DNA from: Candidatus Latescibacterota bacterium
GTDB lineage: Bacteria; Latescibacterota; UBA2968
Direction of reading: 5' to 3'
NCBI GenBank assembly: GCA_965222605.1
Contig: OZ244960.1
Span: 1,056,001-1,120,000 of the forward strand
Length of the DNA: 64,000 nt
The notes beneath the pieces were generated by a model. It was given only the letters and a program-made list of their open reading frames with translations, ran no database searches and was not told where the DNA came from. The position numbers and the translations under genes were made by a program. Position 1 is the stretch's first letter, and each line of letters opens with the position of its first letter. Shown here in pieces: positions 58,338-64,000 of the stretch.

Positions 58338-59311
58338 AATATCGCACACTGGGGCAGACTGGCCTCGAGGTATCGGAAATTGGATTGGGCGCCTTTCCCA
58401 TCTCTGGAAGACAACAGCGAGCAGATGGAAGCATTGAGGTGTGGTCGGGCACAAGCGATGCAGAATCCATCGCGCTGATCCATCGCTGTGAAGAACTCGG
58501 TGTGAATTTAATCGATTCTGCGGAAGGCTATGGCGACGGGCACAGTGAAGAACTCGTTGGACAAGCACTGCAAGGACGGCGAGATAAATGGATCATTGCG
58601 ACCAAAGTGCAGCCAAACCGGGACATCGACCAAAACGATGAAAAATCAGTACACAACCGGATTGTCGAAGCCTGCGAAAACAGCTTGAAACGCATGCAAA
58701 CGGATTTTATCGACATTTATCAACTGCACGCGATTCCGCACGAATGGGCCATGCCCGCCGTGATGAAAACCCTTGAAAAATTGCAACGAGAAGGCAAAGT
58801 CCGGTGGTACGGTATCTCGACCAACAATCGAGAAGCCATTGATAAACTACGGGTATTGGGCCCCATCCACATTTTGCAGATCGGATACAACTTGTTGGAG
58901 CGCAGTGCCGATACGTTATTGCATTGGGCAAAAGAACAGAAAATAGGCACACTGATTCGCGTGCCCCTGGCAAAAGGCCAATTGACCGGAAAATACTTTG
59001 GACAGAATGCCGAGCAAATACCGCAAAACGATTTGCGATACGAGCGATTTCAGCGTCCCGAGGTGCAAGAGGGATTAAAAAAATTGCCCGAACTCCTGTT
59101 TTTGCAAACACCGCAGCGAACCATGGCACAGGCATCTCTGCGTTTTGTATTGGATCACCCCGGCGTTTCATGCGTCATTGCCGGCGCAAAAAACCGACAA
59201 CAAGTTGACGACAACACAGCGGTATCAGAGATGTCACCGCTCACGCAAGAAGAATTGGATCGCGCCCTTCCCATCGCAGATGCGATTGGCACAGCAGGGT
59301 GGATAGGATGA
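58334..59311 (+). CDS. Aldo/keto reductase
   Basis: MKYRTLG.TGL.VSEIGLG, DSAEGYG.G.SE, SLKR.QTD.ID.YQLH and YNLL motifs. Confidence 0.94.
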   Translation: MKYRTLGQTGLEVSEIGLGAFPISGRQQRADGSIEVWSGTSDAESIALIHRCEELGVNLIDSAEGYGDGHSEELVGQALQGRRDKWIIATKVQPNRDIDQNDEKSVHNRIVEACENSLKRMQTDFIDIYQLHAIPHEWAMPAVMKTLEKLQREGKVRWYGISTNNREAIDKLRVLGPIHILQIGYNLLERSADTLLHWAKEQKIGTLIRVPLAKGQLTGKYFGQNAEQIPQNDLRYERFQRPEVQEGLKKLPELLFLQTPQRTMAQASLRFVLDHPGVSCVIAGAKNRQQVDDNTAVSEMSPLTQEELDRALPIADAIGTAGWIG

Positions 59312-59326
59312 ATCAGGAGGATTATC

Positions 59327-60466
59327 ATGAAAATCACCGCATTAAAAACATTCATTGCGCCCACAACGGGAAATTTTTTCGTCAAAGTCGAAACAGACGA
59401 AGGCATTTACGGCCTGGGAGAAGCGGGCGTAATACGTCGCGGAACCGCGATAGCCGAAGTGATCCGTTCGTTTTCACCAGACGTTATCGGGCAAGACCCC
59501 TTTCGGATCGAGCATTTGTGGCAGGTCATGTTTCGCGGCGGATTTTTCCCCGGCGGCGTCGTACAATCATCGGCAGTAAGCGCCGTTGATATCGCGCTTT
59601 GGGATATCAAAGGCAAAGCCCTGGGCGTACCTGTCTATGAACTACTGGGCGGAAGAACCCGCGACAAAGTGGCGTGTTATCCGCATATTGGCGACCGGAA
59701 CAATATCGATCGGCTGGTCGCAAATTGTAAGCAACGACAGGAGGAAGGCTGGAAATTTGCCCGATGGAGCATGAGCGATCCCACAGACCCCAATGTATTT
59801 GAGCCTTCGCGTGCCGTGCGCTACGGCATCGAACAGGTAAAAGCCGTGCGCGAAGCATGTGGCGATGAACTGGAAATCTGCGTGGATGTTCACACGCGAC
59901 TGGATCCCGCCTGGGTCATTGCATATTGCAAAGGCGTGGAACCCTATCGTCCATTTTTTATCGAAGACCCATTGCGCAGTGAAAGCACACAGAGCCTGCG
60001 CCTCGTGCGACAAAATACGCATCTGCCCTTAGCCATTGGCGAACAATTCGATAGCAAGTGGAAATTTCAGCAGGTGATCGAAGAGGACCTAATGGACTAT
60101 TGTCGTGTTGATCTCTGCATTGCCGGTGGTTTGACCGAAGCCAAAAAAATCGCGGGCTGGTGCGAGACACATTATATTAATCTGGCTCCCCACAATCCGC
60201 TGGGACCCGTGTCAACAGCCGCCTGTTTGCACCTGTGTTTATCCTCTTCTCTCGTCGGCGTGCAAGAATTGCCCAGACCTCCCATGAGTACCTTGACAGA
60301 TGTGTTTCCCAAACAAATGCCCTACGCCAACGGACATCTGCTCGTCCCCGAAGGGCCGGGATTGGGCATTGAATTAAACGAAGACGCGCTCACAGACATG
60401 GCCCCTCCCGAGCCATCTACAGGATCGGGTTTCCGCCGCGAAGACGGATCGTACACAAATTGGTAA
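59327..60466 (+). CDS. Galactonate dehydratase (DgoD)-like enolase superfamily enzyme
   Basis: VKVETDEG.YGLGE, DIALWDIKGKALGVP, D.H, FIEDP, GE and APHNP.GP motifs. Confidence 0.9.
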   Translation: MKITALKTFIAPTTGNFFVKVETDEGIYGLGEAGVIRRGTAIAEVIRSFSPDVIGQDPFRIEHLWQVMFRGGFFPGGVVQSSAVSAVDIALWDIKGKALGVPVYELLGGRTRDKVACYPHIGDRNNIDRLVANCKQRQEEGWKFARWSMSDPTDPNVFEPSRAVRYGIEQVKAVREACGDELEICVDVHTRLDPAWVIAYCKGVEPYRPFFIEDPLRSESTQSLRLVRQNTHLPLAIGEQFDSKWKFQQVIEEDLMDYCRVDLCIAGGLTEAKKIAGWCETHYINLAPHNPLGPVSTAACLHLCLSSSLVGVQELPRPPMSTLTDVFPKQMPYANGHLLVPEGPGLGIELNEDALTDMAPPEPSTGSGFRREDGSYTNW

Positions 60467-60487
60467 AAAAACAAAAGGGATTTCACC

Positions 60488-61744
60488 ATGAAAGTGCGAA
60501 TCGGCATCATCGGGTGTGCGCGAATACTAAACGCCCATTTGCGCGGCTATAAAATTCTACAGGAAAATGGTTTTGGCGATCTCTTTCAGATCACGGCTTT
60601 GTGCGCGCGCAAAGAAGAAGACGCCCACCGCTTCCGCAAACGAGGCGAGGGTCTCGGCCCCCGCCCAGCACCGGTTGACGCGCCTGGCGACCCGCTCAAT
60701 GCGCCGCATTCGTTTATCAGTGACCTGCATCCCGATAGCGATACAGAAGTGTACACCAATTACAACGAAATGTTGGAAAAGGGCAAAATCGACGCAGTAA
60801 TCATTCTGACCGGACACGACAACCACCACAGCATCGCCATCGACGCAATGAGAGCCGGCAAACACGTCTCGGTCGAAAAACCAATGGCAATCTCTGTCAA
60901 AGCGGCTCAGCGAATGTGCGAAGTCGCCGACGAAACCGGACAAATCTTGAGCATTGACGAAAACGTGAATTTCAATCCCGCCACCTTGGCCAGCCAATGG
61001 GCTGTAGAAAAGGGCTTGATTGGCGATGTACAAATGCTTTATCGCGGCGTCATTGGATTTCGCAATTCGCGTCCGGACCTCGTGGCTGCGCGAACGCCCT
61101 GGCGTCAGAGCAAATTGGGCGCGGGCGGAGGTGTTGCCATCGATTTGGGCGTCCACCTTTTTAACGGAGTCCGCACGATTTGTGGTCCCATAAAATCGGT
61201 ACAAGCCCTGTGGCGAACGCTCGAACCTGTGCGCGTCTTGATGTCCGACGACGACCGCGCTATAGTCGATCAAATCGAAAATCAAGTAGATGATGCTTTT
61301 TTTGCCAACTTTGAATTTGAAAACGGCGGCATCGGACATATGGCCGTTTCGAGAAGTGCGCGGGGAACACAGGTCGGCGTACCGGGCGGCACGAATATTT
61401 GGGGCAGCAAGGGAGCGATTTCAGACGGGCAATTATTTGGCGAAGATGGGGAATCGGAAAATGTAGAAGACCGGTTTCAACGAGAAGCCGATACATCGCA
61501 CCTGCGCGAAGTCATGCCGCGCGGAATCACCGATGCATTTGCGCTTGAGAACTTGAACTGGCTGCAAGCCATCGCAAACGGCAAACCCATCCAGATGAGC
61601 GGCGAAGAAGGCACCATCGATCTGGCATTGAGTTATGCAATTCTCGAATCTGGCTTGCTCGGACGCGCCGTCACTTTAGACGAAATGTTAAAAGGTGAGG
61701 TGGAAGGGTATCAGAAAGAGATCAACGATTACTACGGACTATAA
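60488..61744 (+). CDS. Gfo/Idh/MocA family oxidoreductase
   Basis: RIGIIGC, AGKHV.VEKP and GGG...DLGVH motifs. Confidence 0.9.
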   Translation: MKVRIGIIGCARILNAHLRGYKILQENGFGDLFQITALCARKEEDAHRFRKRGEGLGPRPAPVDAPGDPLNAPHSFISDLHPDSDTEVYTNYNEMLEKGKIDAVIILTGHDNHHSIAIDAMRAGKHVSVEKPMAISVKAAQRMCEVADETGQILSIDENVNFNPATLASQWAVEKGLIGDVQMLYRGVIGFRNSRPDLVAARTPWRQSKLGAGGGVAIDLGVHLFNGVRTICGPIKSVQALWRTLEPVRVLMSDDDRAIVDQIENQVDDAFFANFEFENGGIGHMAVSRSARGTQVGVPGGTNIWGSKGAISDGQLFGEDGESENVEDRFQREADTSHLREVMPRGITDAFALENLNWLQAIANGKPIQMSGEEGTIDLALSYAILESGLLGRAVTLDEMLKGEVEGYQKEINDYYGL

Positions 61745-61758
61745 CCCTGGATTACGCG

Positions 61759-62520
61759 ATGAAAATCTCACCAGAAAATCGACAACAATTGAATGAGCAG
61801 GGCTATGTGATCATCCCCGATGTACTCTCTGAATCCGAGATATCGCACTATCGGGCACTGCTGCTACACCTCGCCGAACAAGAACGCGAAAAAGGTTCGG
61901 GCCGAGTACATACCAGTGGCAAAGGCCAGCATGTGCGGTGGCTGGTGAACAAGGGAAAACCATTTGAAAAGCTGGTAGCGCATCCCAAAGTCGTGCCCTA
62001 TTTTGAATATATGCTGGGCGAAGATTATACGCTCAGCACACTCACATCAAATGTGATTTATCCGGGCGCCGGAGACAATGCGTTTCACGTCGATAATGCG
62101 CTGGGCAAAATGCCAGAGCCGCTGCCTTCATTCCCGATGTTTGTCAACAGCCTGTGGCTCCTGAACGATTTTACCCCGGAAAACGGGGGCACGCGCTTTG
62201 TGCCCGGCAGCCATCGGTTCTTAAAAAAGCCCCCGCCAACAGATCATCCTCACGCACTATGCCATCCCGACGAGATGCGGCTCTCAGCCCCAAAAGGATC
62301 GGTATTTCTGTTCAATGGCGCAATATGGCACGCCACGGGATCCAACCGAACAGATGACGCCCGCGTGTGTCTCATCTGCTTCTGCTGTCGCTCATTTCTA
62401 AAGCCGATGTTCGATTTTGTACACCACCTCAAACCCGAGGTCGTGGATCGAGCCACGCCGGAGATGAAGCGCATCTACGGATTTAATTCTCAACCCCAGC
62501 CACCGGACGTGCGCGATTAA
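61759..62520 (+). CDS. Phytanoyl-CoA dioxygenase (PhyH) family protein
   Basis: FHVD, DFT.ENGGTR.VPGSH and G..WH..G.N motifs. Confidence 0.92.
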   Translation: MKISPENRQQLNEQGYVIIPDVLSESEISHYRALLLHLAEQEREKGSGRVHTSGKGQHVRWLVNKGKPFEKLVAHPKVVPYFEYMLGEDYTLSTLTSNVIYPGAGDNAFHVDNALGKMPEPLPSFPMFVNSLWLLNDFTPENGGTRFVPGSHRFLKKPPPTDHPHALCHPDEMRLSAPKGSVFLFNGAIWHATGSNRTDDARVCLICFCCRSFLKPMFDFVHHLKPEVVDRATPEMKRIYGFNSQPQPPDVRD

Positions 62521-62546
62521 ACTGATCTCACAGGCATCAATCGCAC

Positions 62547-62578
62547 CCCCGGTTCGCTGTTGAATCGGGGATATTTTT
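62547..62578 (+). terminator. Possible terminator hairpin
   Basis: CCCCGGTTC / GAATCGGGG stem followed by ATATTTTT. Confidence 0.5.
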
Positions 62579-62604
62579 GGATCATTCAACAAAAGAGACG
62601 AGCC

Positions 62605-63747
62605 ATGAAAATCACCGATGTCAAAGCGACAACATTGAAGGGTTACAAAGATTGGAACTATGTAAAAGTGGAAACCGATGCCGGCATATCGGGCGTGGGA
62701 GAAGCACATCCGGGCGAAGGCATAAGCGATGCGGTGACAAAGCGATTGCGCCCCATGCTAATCGGACAAAATCCCCTGAATGTCGAACCGCTCTACACGC
62801 GGATGCTCGACCGCAGCACCGGGCAATCTACCGCCGGGATACTCCTCGGCGCAATCGGCGGCGTGGAAACAGCACTTTGGGATGTTGCGGGCAAAGCCAT
62901 TGGCGTACCCGTCTATCAATTGCTCGGCGGAAAGTATCGAGACCGACTGCGGATGTACGCCGATGTGGGCAGAGGGCGAAATCGAACAAACACCCCCGAA
63001 ACATGGGCCGAACGCGCCAAAGAGGGCGTGGCGGACGGATTTCAGTCCATCAAGTTCGACATCGACGGATCGGCAAACGAATTGCAGCACGACCCCGTGG
63101 ATCGCGGGTTATCACTCGCCGAATTGGACAAAATGGAAGCCATGGTTTCCGCAGTCCGAGACGCCATCGGATACGATATTGACCTGTGTATTGACTGCCA
63201 CGGAAAATACAATGTGCGCGACGTGCTCTTACTCGCCCAACGCCTGGAAAAATTTAACCTGATGTTCCTCGAAGACCCCGTACCCCCAGAAAACATCGAT
63301 GCCATGGGCAAAGTGACTGCTTCCACATCCATACCAATTTGCACGGGCGAATGGGTCCACCGCAGAGACGGATTTCGCGGGCTAATCGAGAATCAGGCGT
63401 GCGACATGCTACACATTGATATTTCGGCGACCGGAGGTATGCTGGAAGGGAAAAAAATCGCCGACCTGGCAGATCTGTACTATATGCCCGCAGCATTCCA
63501 CAACATCGTGTCGCCATTGGGCATGGTGGCATCCGCACATGTGGGCGCAACCGTGCGAAATCTCCACACCCTGGAACTGCCCTATCACGCAGATCAGATA
63601 GAATGGCGATGGGACCTCGTGATCAGCGACGAGCCATTGATTCAGGATGGACAATTTATACTTCCTGAAAAACCGGGACTCGGCGTCGAATTCAACGAGG
63701 ATTTGGCACGCGCGCATGTAAAAGAGGGATATGATTTCTTTGATTAG
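62605..63747 (+). CDS. Mandelate racemase/muconate lactonizing enzyme family dehydratase
   Basis: VETDAG..GVGE, KFD, DCH, LEDP, TGE and PGLG motifs. Confidence 0.9.
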   Translation: MKITDVKATTLKGYKDWNYVKVETDAGISGVGEAHPGEGISDAVTKRLRPMLIGQNPLNVEPLYTRMLDRSTGQSTAGILLGAIGGVETALWDVAGKAIGVPVYQLLGGKYRDRLRMYADVGRGRNRTNTPETWAERAKEGVADGFQSIKFDIDGSANELQHDPVDRGLSLAELDKMEAMVSAVRDAIGYDIDLCIDCHGKYNVRDVLLLAQRLEKFNLMFLEDPVPPENIDAMGKVTASTSIPICTGEWVHRRDGFRGLIENQACDMLHIDISATGGMLEGKKIADLADLYYMPAAFHNIVSPLGMVASAHVGATVRNLHTLELPYHADQIEWRWDLVISDEPLIQDGQFILPEKPGLGVEFNEDLARAHVKEGYDFFD

Positions 63748-63834
63748 ATGTCATGGAAACAGTTTCTCCTTGTTTTATAGTATCGTTATTAGTATCATAA
63801 ACTCGCCAAGGCAATCGAAAACGAAAGACATGCA

Positions 63835-64000
63835 ATGAGTGACCACTACACCTACCGCATCACATGGTCTCCTGAAGACAACGAGCATGTGGGTCTATGC
63901 GCTGAATTCCCATCACTAAGCTGGCTTGCACCTACTCCCGATGAGGCTTTGGACGGCATCCAGCGACTTGTGCGCGAATGCCTCGAAGACATGCATGCAA
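63835..64000 (+). CDS. hicB: HicB family antitoxin, 3' partial
   Basis: MSDHYTYRITWSPEDNEHVGLCAEFPSLSWLA..P.EAL.GI; runs off the window. Confidence 0.85.
   Translation, partial: MSDHYTYRITWSPEDNEHVGLCAEFPSLSWLAPTPDEALDGIQRLVRECLEDMHA

Noticed and set aside
1-64000. CRISPR array, rRNA or tRNA (including tRNA-Sec near selAB)
   Set aside because: No regularly spaced repeats or cloverleaf signatures were seen; the gaps around selAB are only 11 and 54 bp

Overview
Gene-dense bacterial chromosomal window of moderate GC. It is dominated by catabolic enzymes: 3 Cys-type sulfatases, 5 enolase-superfamily dehydratases, 3 PhyH and 1 TauD Fe(II)/2OG dioxygenases, a GH29 fucosidase, Gfo/Idh/MocA, AKR and Ldh-family oxidoreductases. 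It also holds housekeeping genes (sigma-70 factor, queD-like, selA-selB, fbaB, mazG), an RND efflux pair, a GWxTD protein and many intact or decayed toxin-antitoxin modules. This gene mix suggests an FCB-group organism, for example a Latescibacterota/Gemmatimonadota-like marine or sponge-associated bacterium (inference only). An accessory hotspot at about 36.2-44.6 kb contains a PIN TA pair, an AT-rich ABC permease, a frameshifted IS1182-like element with 17-bp IRs, tyrosine-recombinase remnants in direct repeat and an AAA-ATPase/PD-(D/E)XK nuclease. The most unusual signal is a 170-aa protein (36199-36711) that fuses an integrase-like arm-binding N-terminus to an apparently catalytically dead PD-(D/E)XK fold. 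Its upstream region has att-like repeats, an 18-bp palindrome and an orphan terminator. Other notable items are a LexA-type box inside the sigma-factor promoter and a GtrA + DUF2723 (TMEM260-like) glycosylation cassette. No rRNA, tRNA or CRISPR array was seen. All product calls come from motif recognition by eye, not from database searches.
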